32,000 nt of DNA from an uncultured Lentisphaeria bacterium (GCA_951812855.1 OX638337.1:1560001-1592000), one strand, 5' to 3'; counted from the first letter of the stretch, positions 16,137-26,530 are shown. Made by a program: numbers and translations. The notes: generated by a model from the sequence alone, not told the origin.

Positions 16137-17432
16137 TTAAAGAAGTTTATAGACCTCTTCTTTTAAGGATTCAATCGTAATTCCGTCAATGACATCTGCA
16201 GCAAACGCTTTCGTTAACATTGCATATGCAGACTTATAATCGATACCTCGTGATCGAAGGTAAAACATTGCCTCGTCATCAAGTTGTCCAATGGTTGCTC
16301 CATGCGTACATTTTACATCGTCTGCAAATATTTCTAATTCGGGTTTTGTATTGATTTTCGCATCATCAGATAATAGAAGAACCCGGTTTGTTTGTTTCGC
16401 ATCTGTTTTTTGTGCATCCTGGTGAACATAAATTTTACCGTTAAAAACTCCTGAAGACTTGTCATCAAGAATTCCTTTAAAGACTTCCCAACTTCGACAA
16501 TTTGGTTTTGCATGATCAATGCGCGTACGGTTATCGATCTGCTGATTACCCTTTCCCAGGTAAAGACCGTTCAATGTACATTCAGTATTTTCATCGCCTA
16601 AGAAAACGTGTACGTTATTCCGGTTAACACGACTGCCACATGCAATTGTACATGATGTAAACTGACTGCCCTGATGTTGATAAGCATATACTGTTCCGAC
16701 ATGATGGGCAGAATCGGATTCCTTTTGCAATTTATAATGATTGACAATGGAATTTTTATCGACCATAATTTCAGTAACACTGTTCGAAAAATAATCTGCA
16801 CAATCGCCCACATAGCTTTCAAGAATTGTGGCGTGGCAGTTTTCGCCGATTGTGACTAAATTATGAGGGGACACTGTCACTTTGTCTGTACCAGTAGTTA
16901 AATATAATATATGGATTGGTTTTGTCAGTGTCGTATTATCCGGTATTCTTATATAGGCACCATCGGTTAATAACGCTGAATTAAGTGCTGTAAAAGCATT
17001 CTTCTCAAGTTCTGCATGTTTAATAAGGGTATTGTCAAATGGAAGTGGACCTTCCTTTGCAGATAATGACGAAAGAGATCCCATTTTCAGCTCTTTTCCG
17101 CCTGTTTTAAAATCTGAAAGGTCCTCGCTCATCCTGCCGTTTATGAATACAAGCATATCGGCATCAGTGTTGTTTAACTTATAGTTATCGATTTGAGAAT
17201 TCATCGCAGAGACGTTTGACGTTGTTCCGGGAATAGCGAATTTATTTCCATAAATAGAGGATAAATTAAAAAAGCGCCATTCTTCATTTCGATTTGAGGG
17301 AAAACCGATTTCTTTTAACTTTGCTATACCGTTTGCCCGAACATTTGTCAGCCATTCTGGAGCAGAGTTGCTTTTATACAATTTGTCATATTCGTTTTGA
17401 ATATGATCTATAAATTCACGGCTGCTTTTCAT
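16137..17432 (-). CDS. sufD: Fe-S cluster assembly protein SufD
   Basis: 431 aa. SufB/SufD beta-helix family with C-terminal PELEIFADDVKCTHGATIGQLD. 4-nt overlap with sufC. Confidence 0.9.
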   Translation of the reverse strand: MKSSREFIDHIQNEYDKLYKSNSAPEWLTNVRANGIAKLKEIGFPSNRNEEWRFFNLSSIYGNKFAIPGTTSNVSAMNSQIDNYKLNNTDADMLVFINGRMSEDLSDFKTGGKELKMGSLSSLSAKEGPLPFDNTLIKHAELEKNAFTALNSALLTDGAYIRIPDNTTLTKPIHILYLTTGTDKVTVSPHNLVTIGENCHATILESYVGDCADYFSNSVTEIMVDKNSIVNHYKLQKESDSAHHVGTVYAYQHQGSQFTSCTIACGSRVNRNNVHVFLGDENTECTLNGLYLGKGNQQIDNRTRIDHAKPNCRSWEVFKGILDDKSSGVFNGKIYVHQDAQKTDAKQTNRVLLLSDDAKINTKPELEIFADDVKCTHGATIGQLDDEAMFYLRSRGIDYKSAYAMLTKAFAADVIDGITIESLKEEVYKLL

Positions 17433-18208
17433 ACGGTCGACTCCTCTGCAGACTGTAAACTGTCAGCTTCGTTTTTTATTCGATCGTAACCCTCATCTTC
17501 AAGTTTATGGGCAAGTTCTTTTCCCCCTGATTTTACAATTTTCCCATTATAAAGGACGTGAATGAAGTCTGGAGTAATATAATCTAAAAGTCGCTGATAG
17601 TGGGTGACAACAATGACCGATTTTTCTGGATTTTTGAATTGTGTCACACCAGATGCAACAACCTTTAATGCATCAATATCCAAGCCGGAATCGGTTTCGT
17701 CCAGGATCGCAAGATCAGGATTTAAGACTTGCATTTGAAATATTTCATTACGTTTTTTTTCACCGCCGGAAAAACCTTCATTCACGGCCCGATTGATAAG
17801 ACTTTGATCAATACCCAGGATATCCATCTTCTCACGTATGGTTGATAAAAATTCCATGGCATCTAATGGTGGTTGGCCTTTATGATCACGAATTCCGTTT
17901 AACGCTGATTTCAAGAAATAAGTGCAGCTGACTCCGGGAATTTCTACCGGGTATTGAAAGGCCATAAATATTCCTTCTCCGGCTCGGATTTCGGGGTCCA
18001 TATCCAATAGATCATTTCCCTTGAAGTTAATTGAACCTTCAGTTACTTCATAGGTCTCTCTTCCGGCTAATATTTGTGCCAGTGTACTTTTCCCAGATCC
18101 GTTTGGACCCATTATCGCATGAACTTCACCTTTGTTGATTGTAAGGTTAATGCCCCTAAGTATTTCCTTATCTTCAATCCTTGCCCACAGATTCTTAATT
18201 TCAAGCAT
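17429..18208 (-). CDS. sufC: Fe-S cluster assembly ATPase SufC
   Basis: 259 aa. Walker A GPNGSGKST, ABC signature FSGGEKKR, Walker B LAILDETDSGLD. Confidence 0.97.
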   Translation of the reverse strand: MLEIKNLWARIEDKEILRGINLTINKGEVHAIMGPNGSGKSTLAQILAGRETYEVTEGSINFKGNDLLDMDPEIRAGEGIFMAFQYPVEIPGVSCTYFLKSALNGIRDHKGQPPLDAMEFLSTIREKMDILGIDQSLINRAVNEGFSGGEKKRNEIFQMQVLNPDLAILDETDSGLDIDALKVVASGVTQFKNPEKSVIVVTHYQRLLDYITPDFIHVLYNGKIVKSGGKELAHKLEDEGYDRIKNEADSLQSAEESTV

Positions 18209-18337
18209 GAAAAATATCTCCAGTAATTTTTTAGTTTTTATTCAGGGGGTTGTTTATGGCAGTCATTGGGTTGTCCGCAACAATCTTCCAATGAGTTTGC
18301 ACGCTGTGCCAATTACAATTCTATTGATGGTATCCTT

Positions 18338-19810
18338 TTATCCAACACTGCCTTCCAGGCTTACTTCAAGAAGTTTTTTTGCCTCGACAGCAAATTCCAT
18401 TGGTAACTCTTTGAATACTTCCTTACAAAAACCGTTGACGATCATTGAGACTGCATCTTCAGCTGAAATTCCCCGTTGCTGACAGTAGAAAATCTGATCT
18501 TCTCCAATTTTTGAGGTTGATGCTTCATGTTCAACTTGAGAGGTCGTATTGCCGACGTCAATATAAGGGAAAGTATGAGCACCACACCGATCACCAAGAA
18601 GCATAGAATCACATTGTGTATAATTCCGTGCATTTGAGGCATTTTTCAGTACTTTTACCAACCCGCGATAAGAATTTTGACCCTTGCCTGCAGAAATTCC
18701 TTTTGATACGATATTACTTCTGGTATTCTTCCCCATATGGACCATTTTTGTTCCAGTGTCAGCCTGTTGCATATTGTTCGTTAATGCAACTGAATAAAAT
18801 TCACCGATTGAATTGTCACCTTTTAAAATGACACTCGGGTATTTCCAGGTTATTGCAGAACCGGTTTCAACCTGAGTCCAGGATATCTTTGAATTATTAC
18901 CCTCACAGCGGCCGCGTTTAGTTACAAAATTATAAATGCCGCCGTTTCCATCTTTATCTCCGGGATACCAGTTTTGCACAGTTGAATATTTTATTTTCGC
19001 ATTTTTGTGGGCGATAAGTTCAACCACAGCAGCGTGAAGTTGATTTTCATCCCGCATCGGTGCTGTACAGCCTTCCAGATAACTGACTTCACTATCTTCA
19101 TCTGCAATAATCAGTGTTCGTTCAAATTGGCCTGTTCCTGCGGTATTTATTCGAAAGTATGTTGACAATTCCATTGGGCATTTCACGCCTTTGGGAATAT
19201 AACAGAATGACCCGTCCGTAAATACGGCAGAATTTAAACTTGCGAAAAAGTTGTCCCGGTAAGGGACGACAGTACCCAAATACTTTTTAATTAAATCCGG
19301 GTGGTTTGTAACTGCTTCTGAAAATGAACAAAAGATAATCCCCATCTCTTCCAGCTTCTCCTTAAACGTTGTCGCAACTGAAACACTGTCGAACACGGCA
19401 TCTACAGCAACACCTGACAGCCGTTTTTGTTCTGCTAAAGGGATTCCCAATTTTTCATACGTTTTGATTAATTCCGGATCGACCTCATCGAGACTGTCTA
19501 ATGTTTGCTTTTTCTTAGGGGCTGCATAATAAATAATATTTTGATAATCAACCGTTTTATAATTGACATTCGACCATTCAGGTTCTTCCATAGTTTGCCA
19601 ATGTTTAAAGGCATTTAATCGCCATTCCAAAAGAAACTCAGGTTCATTTTTTTTCATTGAAATAAATCTGATAATTTCTTCTGAAAGCCCCGGGGGTGCA
19701 GTATCCATTTCGATATCAGTAACAAAACCGAATTTGTAATCCTGTTTTGTATATGCTTCAACGATATCCTCGGTGTCATTATCTTTTTCTGTTGTCAGTA
19801 TTTCACTCAT
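18338..19810 (-). CDS. sufB: Fe-S cluster assembly protein SufB
   Basis: 490 aa. Typical SufB blocks ([51 protein letters not shown]). Confidence 0.97.
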   Translation of the reverse strand: MSEILTTEKDNDTEDIVEAYTKQDYKFGFVTDIEMDTAPPGLSEEIIRFISMKKNEPEFLLEWRLNAFKHWQTMEEPEWSNVNYKTVDYQNIIYYAAPKKKQTLDSLDEVDPELIKTYEKLGIPLAEQKRLSGVAVDAVFDSVSVATTFKEKLEEMGIIFCSFSEAVTNHPDLIKKYLGTVVPYRDNFFASLNSAVFTDGSFCYIPKGVKCPMELSTYFRINTAGTGQFERTLIIADEDSEVSYLEGCTAPMRDENQLHAAVVELIAHKNAKIKYSTVQNWYPGDKDGNGGIYNFVTKRGRCEGNNSKISWTQVETGSAITWKYPSVILKGDNSIGEFYSVALTNNMQQADTGTKMVHMGKNTRSNIVSKGISAGKGQNSYRGLVKVLKNASNARNYTQCDSMLLGDRCGAHTFPYIDVGNTTSQVEHEASTSKIGEDQIFYCQQRGISAEDAVSMIVNGFCKEVFKELPMEFAVEAKKLLEVSLEGSVG

Positions 19811-19912
19811 TTGCGGCTCTTAATATCCTTATAATATGCAATTGATTAAGTTTACGGAAAAAATAAGTACATCAGTAAATAAAATGATTTGTATTTATTC
19901 TACCTACATAAG

Positions 19913-19931
19913 TACGACATAATTTGTCGTA
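19913..19931. promoter_or_regulatory. candidate operator in the sufB promoter: TACGACA-taatt-TGTCGTA
   Basis: Perfect 7-bp inverted repeat centred ~112 bp upstream of the sufB ATG. The octamer ATAAGTAC occurs twice (19863-19870 and 19908-19915), the second copy overlapping the left arm. Confidence 0.3.
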
Positions 19932-20136
19932 TTTCAAATTTAATTTTATTATAGTATTGATTTTATGAGGGTGAGAACTCAGTCAATCTTAAAAACAAAG
20001 GAATACACTGTCCAGACGATCCTTAAAAACGATTTAATATATTTGTATTCAATATGTTATGTATTATATTGAGTTAATGAAATAACCGAAGAATTAACTG
20101 TATGCCCAAAGGCGTCGTCGTCGTCCATCAGGTTAT

Positions 20137-20430
20137 GTGAAAGCCCGGAAGGCTGCCCTAAGAATTCGCACGATTACAGGCCGTCTGGCCCGAGAACCTG
20201 ATCGCAAGCTGCCCCCGGAGCAGTTAAATCATGATAACGAACAGCTTGCACTCTTCAATAAGGTATTGAATCAGAAGAAGCAATTACGCCGTCGGTCAGC
20301 TATAGAACCTGTTATTGGACATCTCAAGCATGATTTTCGTTTATCGGGGAATTCCATAAAGGGAACCAGAGGCGATGATAGTAACGTTCTGCCGCCCGCT
20401 GCCGCACACAATATCAAAAAATGGATATGA
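20137..20430 (+). mobile_element. IS5-type DDE transposase, C-terminal ~95-codon remnant
   Basis: RRRSAIEPVIGHLKHDFRLSGNSIKGTRGDDSNVLPPAAAHNIKKWI matches the conserved C-terminal block of IS5-family transposases (R.aIEP.IGHLK.D.RL.RN.LKG..GD.iN.LLAAAA.N..K). There is no ATG (GTG-opened frame), the catalytic core is absent, and conserved positions are degenerate. The segment is visibly more GC-rich than its flanks. Confidence 0.7.
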
Positions 20431-20540
20431 AACGCACAGCATTTTTTGCACTTGATTATAAAATTATTAAAATTCTCAATCGCAATACCACCTTATGCCA
20501 ATCCATAAACCCATGAAAATACTTTTTAAGAATCGACTAT

Positions 20541-21209
20541 TTAATTGACGGTTGATTGATCCTGCTGCCCCAGAGCACCGATAATAATGAGATCATAACG
20601 CCTGTACTGATTTTTTTCATCTGTTTCCAATAAATCAGTTGATTGTTTGTTATCCGGATTTGTATAAGATTGATCGTTGAGAACTAGTGTTGGTATCATT
20701 CGTTTACCGCTGTTAATTCGTTCTGTCTCATCAGCTGCCCAACTATTTTTGTCAACATCAATGAAGGCATAATTAATTCTGTTGTCGTTCAGAAATGTTT
20801 TCGCACGTTGGCCGTCAGGGCACCAATCCGCTCGGTATAAAAATAATTGACCAACACGATTAATCCCTGATAATTGAGCCAGTCTTGCATTATCGGGATT
20901 TGTAACGCTTTTATTATTTATAATGAATATTGGAATAATTCGTTGCCGGCTTAGATGACGTTGAAGATCTTTGTCGTAAGCATAAAGAATATTTCTCATA
21001 TCGCCAGACGATAATTTTTTCGTTACCCTGCACTTCCCTTCGTTTTCCAGACGTGCAAGAGCTGATTTGAATACCTTTTCCTCTTTATTCGTAGGTACTT
21101 GCTTCACGATATCATCTGGGTTCAGACGTTTATTGTGTGATCGCCGATCTTTAACAATTATCCTCAATAATGATTGCTTTTCAAGTACTTTATCGGGGTA
21201 GACAATCAA
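20541..21209 (-). pseudogene. tandem glutaredoxin/NrdH-like domain protein, truncated at the start of a fused FAD/NAD(P)-binding domain
   Basis: TTG-opened 222-aa frame. The second domain reads LFLYRADWCPDGQRAKTFLNDNRINYAFIDVDKN...GKRMIPTLVLNDQSYTNPDN (Grx-like fold, monothiol CPDG). A degenerate first copy reads RIIPIFIINNKSVTNPDNARL. The frame ends ...YDLIIIGALGQQDQSTVN*, the first strand of a Rossmann GxGxxG motif and then nothing. Confidence 0.5.
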
Positions 21210-21272
21210 CGACTAACTGACGTCGCCAATTGTTGATTCCAGGTGGGAGTTTTGCCAGGTCTACGCCTTTTG

Positions 21273-22061
21273 TTAATTGGCATGATGGATAGACTCTGAA
21301 AGTTCACGGATCTTTTTGATTAGCGGAGCTTCATAGTTTTTCATATTGTCACGAATGGTATTTATTATAGAACTGCCAATGACAATACCATCTACAGTTT
21401 CTATAACTGATTCGATTTGAGCGGCCTTGGAAATGCCAAACCCCAATGCGATTGGTAAATCTGTCTGTGATTTAATTTCTCTAGTATGTTTTGTGACAGT
21501 TTCTTCAATATTCTCCCGTTCACCAGTTACGCCTCGAATAGAAATTTGATATACAAATCCGGTTGCAGACTCCAGTATACTTTTCATTCTGTCAGAATTT
21601 GTAGATGGTGAAACTAACTGAATAATGTGTAGTCCGCATGAGTCTGCATCAGGGCGAATTTCGGACTGTTCTTCAAATGGCAAATCAACGATCAGCAGAG
21701 CATCTCCTCCAGATTCTTTGACATTCGCTACAAACGGTTTAATTCCCATGTTATAAACTGGATTTAAATATCCAAAAACAACAACGGGATTTGTATCATT
21801 ATTTACTCTGAATTTCCTGAGAATTTCAAAATAATGGTCTCGTTTAAAGCCTTTATCCAGAGCAATTTGTGACGATATCTGAATTGAAGGACCATCCGCT
21901 GCCGGGTCCGAAAACGGATATCCCAGTTCAATGATATCTACTCCGTTATCCACCAGTATATTCATGAGTTTCAATGTATCATCGACTGATGGGAACCCGG
22001 CTGTAATATAGGCAACAAATACTTTAGCTTTTTCGCTAAATATTTTTTTAATCCTGTCCAT
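21273..22061 (-). CDS. trpA: tryptophan synthase alpha chain
   Basis: 262 aa. ELGYPFSDPAADGPSIQ and GFGIS motifs. Follows trpB by 7 nt. Confidence 0.95.
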   Translation of the reverse strand: MDRIKKIFSEKAKVFVAYITAGFPSVDDTLKLMNILVDNGVDIIELGYPFSDPAADGPSIQISSQIALDKGFKRDHYFEILRKFRVNNDTNPVVVFGYLNPVYNMGIKPFVANVKESGGDALLIVDLPFEEQSEIRPDADSCGLHIIQLVSPSTNSDRMKSILESATGFVYQISIRGVTGERENIEETVTKHTREIKSQTDLPIALGFGISKAAQIESVIETVDGIVIGSSIINTIRDNMKNYEAPLIKKIRELSESIHHAN

Positions 22062-22068
22062 ATTATTT

Positions 22069-23265
22069 TTACTTTTCGCTTAAATATTGGTTCACAGACT
22101 GCATATCTTTATCACCTCGACCACTTACGTTGACAACGATGATATGATTATTGGGAAGTGACGGTGCTGCTTTTATGGTATGAGCAACAGCATGACTTGA
22201 TTCAAGTGCAGGAATTATTCCCTGGATTCGTGTTAATTCCAAAAACGCATTGACCGCTTCTTCATCGGTTACAGAAACATATTGAACGCGATGTTTGTCA
22301 TGCAGCCAGGAATGTTCCGGGCCGACTCCTGGATAATCGAGTCCGGCACTTATTGAGTGAGCATTGCAAATCTGACCATCTTCGGTTTGGAGTAAATAGG
22401 TTTTACTCCCATGCAAAATGCCTACTTTTCCACCGGATATACTCGCGGCGTGCTGCGACGTATTTAATCCAAAACCTGCTGCTTCAACGCCAATAAGTTT
22501 TACTGAATCTGTTGGAATAAACGGTGTAAATATACCAATAGCATTGCTTCCTCCTCCCACACAGGCAATAACGGTATCGGGCAGGCGATTTTCCTTTTCC
22601 AGTATTTGCTGTTTTGTTTCCTCTCCAATAATTTTCTGAAATTCTCTGACAATTATTGGGTAAGGATGTGGACCGGCAGCTGAGCCAATGACATAAAATG
22701 TATCGTCGGATGTGGCAATCCATTCACGCATTGCTTCATTCATGGCATCTTTTAATGTTTTTGTACCACTGTGAACAGGGATAACTTTCGCACCTAACAT
22801 GTACATCCGCTTAACATTTTCTTCCTGTCGCTTCATATCTTCTTCCCCCATATAAACATCGCAGGAAAATCCGAATATTGCGGCTGCTGTTGCGGTTGCA
22901 ACGCCATGTTGTCCTGCACCTGTTTCTGCAATGAGGCGTGATTTTTTCATGCGTTGAGCGAGTAATGCCTGTCCCATTGTATTATTAATTTTATGTGCAC
23001 CTGTATGGTTCAGGTCTTCGCGTTTCAGGTATATTTTTGCACCTTGAAGTTGTTCCGTTAATCGTTCAGCATAAAATAGGGGAGAGGGACGACCGACAAA
23101 TTCTTTCAAGTAAAATGTTAAGTCTTTTTGAAATTCTCTGTTATTCCGGGCGGTGTTGAAAGCCGTCTCGATCTCAGACATTGCCGGCATCAATGTTTCT
23201 GCAATATATTGACCGCCATACTTGCCGAATCGACCGTTAAATTTATTTGTATTGTCTGTATTCAT
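22069..23265 (-). CDS. trpB: tryptophan synthase beta chain
   Basis: 398 aa. [11 protein letters not shown] (PLP lysine), [14 protein letters not shown]. Confidence 0.97.
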   Translation of the reverse strand: MNTDNTNKFNGRFGKYGGQYIAETLMPAMSEIETAFNTARNNREFQKDLTFYLKEFVGRPSPLFYAERLTEQLQGAKIYLKREDLNHTGAHKINNTMGQALLAQRMKKSRLIAETGAGQHGVATATAAAIFGFSCDVYMGEEDMKRQEENVKRMYMLGAKVIPVHSGTKTLKDAMNEAMREWIATSDDTFYVIGSAAGPHPYPIIVREFQKIIGEETKQQILEKENRLPDTVIACVGGGSNAIGIFTPFIPTDSVKLIGVEAAGFGLNTSQHAASISGGKVGILHGSKTYLLQTEDGQICNAHSISAGLDYPGVGPEHSWLHDKHRVQYVSVTDEEAVNAFLELTRIQGIIPALESSHAVAHTIKAAPSLPNNHIIVVNVSGRGDKDMQSVNQYLSEK

Positions 23266-24064
23266 GATACTGATTTACTGAAATAAAAGATCGTATAGTT
23301 TCATCTGGTGATTCACTCTTAATCAGTGCTTCACCAATTAAAAATGTGCGAATACCTTCATCCCACAGTGTTTTAACTGCCTGATTTGTTTTTAGCCCGG
23401 ATTCTGCAACAATTATTGATTTATTATCGATGAGTTCAGCTAACTCCAATGTGTTAGACTCCGAAGTTTCAAATGTTTTTAAGTTCCTGTTGTTAATTCC
23501 AATGAGATCACATTCAACTTCGTTCAAGACATATTTTAGCTCATCATGCGAATGGACTTCTGCGAGTACATCCATCTTCAATTCATGTGCTGTATTCGCC
23601 AAAGCTGCTGCTTCTTTTGCTGTAAGAATGGACATGATTAGAAGGATACAGTCAGCATTTAATGCACGACTTTCGTAGATTTGATACTCATCAATAATGA
23701 ATTCTTTTCGTAAAATTGGTAATTTTGCATGATTAAAAGCGTCGATTATATCGTTGTTTTTAGCAAAAAAGAATTTGCTGTCAGTCAGTACTGACGCGGC
23801 TGCAGCGCCGCCGCGTTCATATAATTTTATTTGATTTTTGACTTCTAAATCAGGGCGAACTTTTCCCAGTGACGGGGATCCGCGTTTAAATTCTGCAATT
23901 ATTGCAGGGTGGCTCTTTCCGATATGCTTCAGTGACGTTGTAAAATTTCTGGAACCGATATCAAAGTTAATTTTTGAGATTAAATTCTTAGTGCAAATTC
24001 GTTCTTTACTCCTGGCTATTTCGTTTTTCTTAGAAGCGATTATTGTGTCTAAGATCGTATTCAT
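23243..24064 (-). CDS. trpC: indole-3-glycerol phosphate synthase
   Basis: 273 aa. [35 protein letters not shown]. 23-nt overlap with the trpB start. Confidence 0.92.
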   Translation of the reverse strand: MNTILDTIIASKKNEIARSKERICTKNLISKINFDIGSRNFTTSLKHIGKSHPAIIAEFKRGSPSLGKVRPDLEVKNQIKLYERGGAAAASVLTDSKFFFAKNNDIIDAFNHAKLPILRKEFIIDEYQIYESRALNADCILLIMSILTAKEAAALANTAHELKMDVLAEVHSHDELKYVLNEVECDLIGINNRNLKTFETSESNTLELAELIDNKSIIVAESGLKTNQAVKTLWDEGIRTFLIGEALIKSESPDETIRSFISVNQYHEYRQYK

Positions 24065-24218
24065 TTTTCATTGTTTTTGCTATGGTTTTAATTTTTTAGA
24101 TATAAGCGTGTCTAATGTAGGTCTGATTAATCTGATTTTCAAAAGAGACTTCTTACATGCAGGTTATTCGGGGGATTCAGAATATATCAATATCGACAAA
24201 TGATTAATTAAACAGTCT

Positions 24219-25637
24219 TTAAATAGAGTTAATGTGATCTATTATTAATTCCAATTTCATTCCACGAGATCCTTTAAGTGCGACCGTATCGGAGTGTTCC
24301 AGGTTTGGCAGTAAATATTGACTGAGTGCTTGAATAGAATCAAATGTTAAAAAATTAAACGATTTTGAAGCATTCTGCATTCGCGGTCCGACAAGCAGTG
24401 TTTTAACGCCGGTTAACTCCTTTGAAACCTGTTCTAATATTCGTTTGTGATACTGAGCTTCACAGTCTCCTAATTCGAGCATATCTCCAAGTATTAAATA
24501 AACTGTTCCTTTTAGTTGATGTGTTGAAATCAGTGATTTTAGCCAGGATATAAATGCCGTCATACTATCCGGGTTCGCATTGTAAGCATCATTAATGATA
24601 CACAGGTCTCTAATATATTTTACGTCCATTCTCATACCCGGCATTGAGAAAGATGCAAGAGCCCTGGCGATATTTTGTTTATCAAGATTTAAGAAATTCC
24701 CTACAGCAAACGCAATACATGTGTTCAATGCGAGGTGCACACCGCTGAGATTCCATGAAATACTAACAGCGATGGGTTTCTCACGCTCTATAATCTCAAA
24801 CTCTGAACGATCAAGAGTCTCATGGATATAGTTTAATTTATAATCAGCCTCAACTTCCCCGCCGAATGTGACAATAGATAACGTTTTAGTTAATGACTTG
24901 ACATGATGATTACCGGCCAATGGATAAGGAATAATAGCCGATTGCGTATTTTTAGAAGACGATAATATTGCGGTTTTTTCTTTCGTCACACCCTCTATAT
25001 CACCCAATTTTTCAAGATGCACAGGACCTGTATTTGTAATAATACTAATATCAGGCATAACGATTTCTGTGAGAATTTTGATCTCTCCAGGCGTATTAGT
25101 TCCAAGTTCAATGACAAGATATCGATGATCTTTATTTAGTTTCAGCAAATTTTGAGGGACACCAATTTGGTTATTGGTATTTCGAAAACTTGTTAATACA
25201 GGTCCATCAGTACAATGGCGGATTATATGGCCTAAGATCTCTTTGGCAGTCGTTTTTCCACTACTGCCGGTTACCGCGATGACAACTAATTTGTTAAATC
25301 GTGATCTGTGAGCCTTTGCTAAATTTTGACAGGCTGTCAATGTGTTATTAACGATTAGACAGGGAATGTCTTTTTCGTCAATAATTTTTTTTATTGCATC
25401 TGTATTTTTCTCGATACAAACAGCCGACGCTCCAGAATCAATTGCATTTGAAATGAAATTATGACCATCAAATGTTTCGCCTGACAGGGCAAGAAACATG
25501 TTTTTTTCAGGAAACCGACGCGTATCAGTGCTGATTCCTGAAATTCCACAATCATTAAAACGACTGGAATGGGGATTATACCAGGACCCACCCGTATAAT
25601 TTTTCAGATCCTCCCATGAAAATTGAATCATGCTCAT
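24219..25637 (-). CDS. murF: UDP-N-acetylmuramoyl-tripeptide--D-alanyl-D-alanine ligase
   Basis: 472 aa. ISTDTRRF...FLALSGETFDGHNF, P-loop VTGSSGKTT, DAYNANP. Confidence 0.92.
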   Translation of the reverse strand: MSMIQFSWEDLKNYTGGSWYNPHSSRFNDCGISGISTDTRRFPEKNMFLALSGETFDGHNFISNAIDSGASAVCIEKNTDAIKKIIDEKDIPCLIVNNTLTACQNLAKAHRSRFNKLVVIAVTGSSGKTTAKEILGHIIRHCTDGPVLTSFRNTNNQIGVPQNLLKLNKDHRYLVIELGTNTPGEIKILTEIVMPDISIITNTGPVHLEKLGDIEGVTKEKTAILSSSKNTQSAIIPYPLAGNHHVKSLTKTLSIVTFGGEVEADYKLNYIHETLDRSEFEIIEREKPIAVSISWNLSGVHLALNTCIAFAVGNFLNLDKQNIARALASFSMPGMRMDVKYIRDLCIINDAYNANPDSMTAFISWLKSLISTHQLKGTVYLILGDMLELGDCEAQYHKRILEQVSKELTGVKTLLVGPRMQNASKSFNFLTFDSIQALSQYLLPNLEHSDTVALKGSRGMKLELIIDHINSI

Positions 25638-25749
25638 TTTTAATGTAATAATTAGTTTTTAAATTGTATGTTAAGGGTTCAGTTTAGCCATTGAAATCCC
25701 ATAAATATAATTCACGCAGATATAATCGTTACGAATTTCCTTTATTATT

Positions 25750-26505
25750 ATGATTACTTCATTAAAATCTTATCTCTGGCAAACTCGAAGTGGTACGTAT
25801 GGATTCTTAAGTGCGTTACCATTATTTATACTGTATGAAGTCTTGATAGTAAGATATAATCCGAATAACAATTCTATGATCCGGGTCGGTGCAGATATTT
25901 GGGTCAAAGAGATGCTTATGACTGCAGGGCAGGGGGATCATATGGTGATGGGGTTGATTATACTACTGATGGGGGGGCTGATTTTTTTTGTCGAACGGAA
26001 AAAAAATATTAAGATAAAAATGCAGTATTTCTACTGGATGCTTATTGAAAGTTTATTTTATAGTATTTTTTGTGCGTTTACAGTCACAAAAGCAGTTTCC
26101 TTTTTATTTACTCATATTCCGGGTGTCATCATGCTGCCTCTTCAAATCAGTTCTGGAATTGAGGAGAGTAGTTTTGGTCTTCAAATTGCATTATCCATCG
26201 GAGCAGGACTTTATGAAGAACTCTTTTTCCGGGTAATTTTAGTTGGCGGACTTTTTTTCATTACGAGTCGGTTCTTCATTGTTCAGAAAGTCTCTTATAC
26301 CATTGCAGCTGTGATTGGATCATTGATTTTTAGCGGTGTTCACTATATAGGCACATTGGGTGATGAATTCACATTGCAGTCATTTATGTTTCGATTTTTG
26401 TTTGGTTTAGTATTGAACGTTGTTTATATACTTAGAGGATTTGGTATAGCTGCGTGGTCTCATTCAATATATGATATTTTAGTGACAGTGGCAATGAATC
26501 GATAA
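25750..26505 (+). CDS. CPBP-family (CAAX/Abi) intramembrane glutamic protease
   Basis: Polytopic membrane protein with the three CPBP motifs: YEELFFRV (EExxxR), FSGVHY (FxxxH), WSHSIYD (HxxxD/N). Confidence 0.85.
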   Translation: MITSLKSYLWQTRSGTYGFLSALPLFILYEVLIVRYNPNNNSMIRVGADIWVKEMLMTAGQGDHMVMGLIILLMGGLIFFVERKKNIKIKMQYFYWMLIESLFYSIFCAFTVTKAVSFLFTHIPGVIMLPLQISSGIEESSFGLQIALSIGAGLYEELFFRVILVGGLFFITSRFFIVQKVSYTIAAVIGSLIFSGVHYIGTLGDEFTLQSFMFRFLFGLVLNVVYILRGFGIAAWSHSIYDILVTVAMNR

Positions 26506-26510
26506 TTTAT

Positions 26511-26530
26511 TCATTGTTCGGTGACAATGA
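26511..26530. terminator. short hairpin between the convergent CPBP and recR genes (TCATTGT-tcggtg-ACAATGA)
   Basis: Perfect 7-bp inverted repeat in the 25-bp gap between the two stop codons. AT-rich and without a clear U-tract, so weak. Confidence 0.25.
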
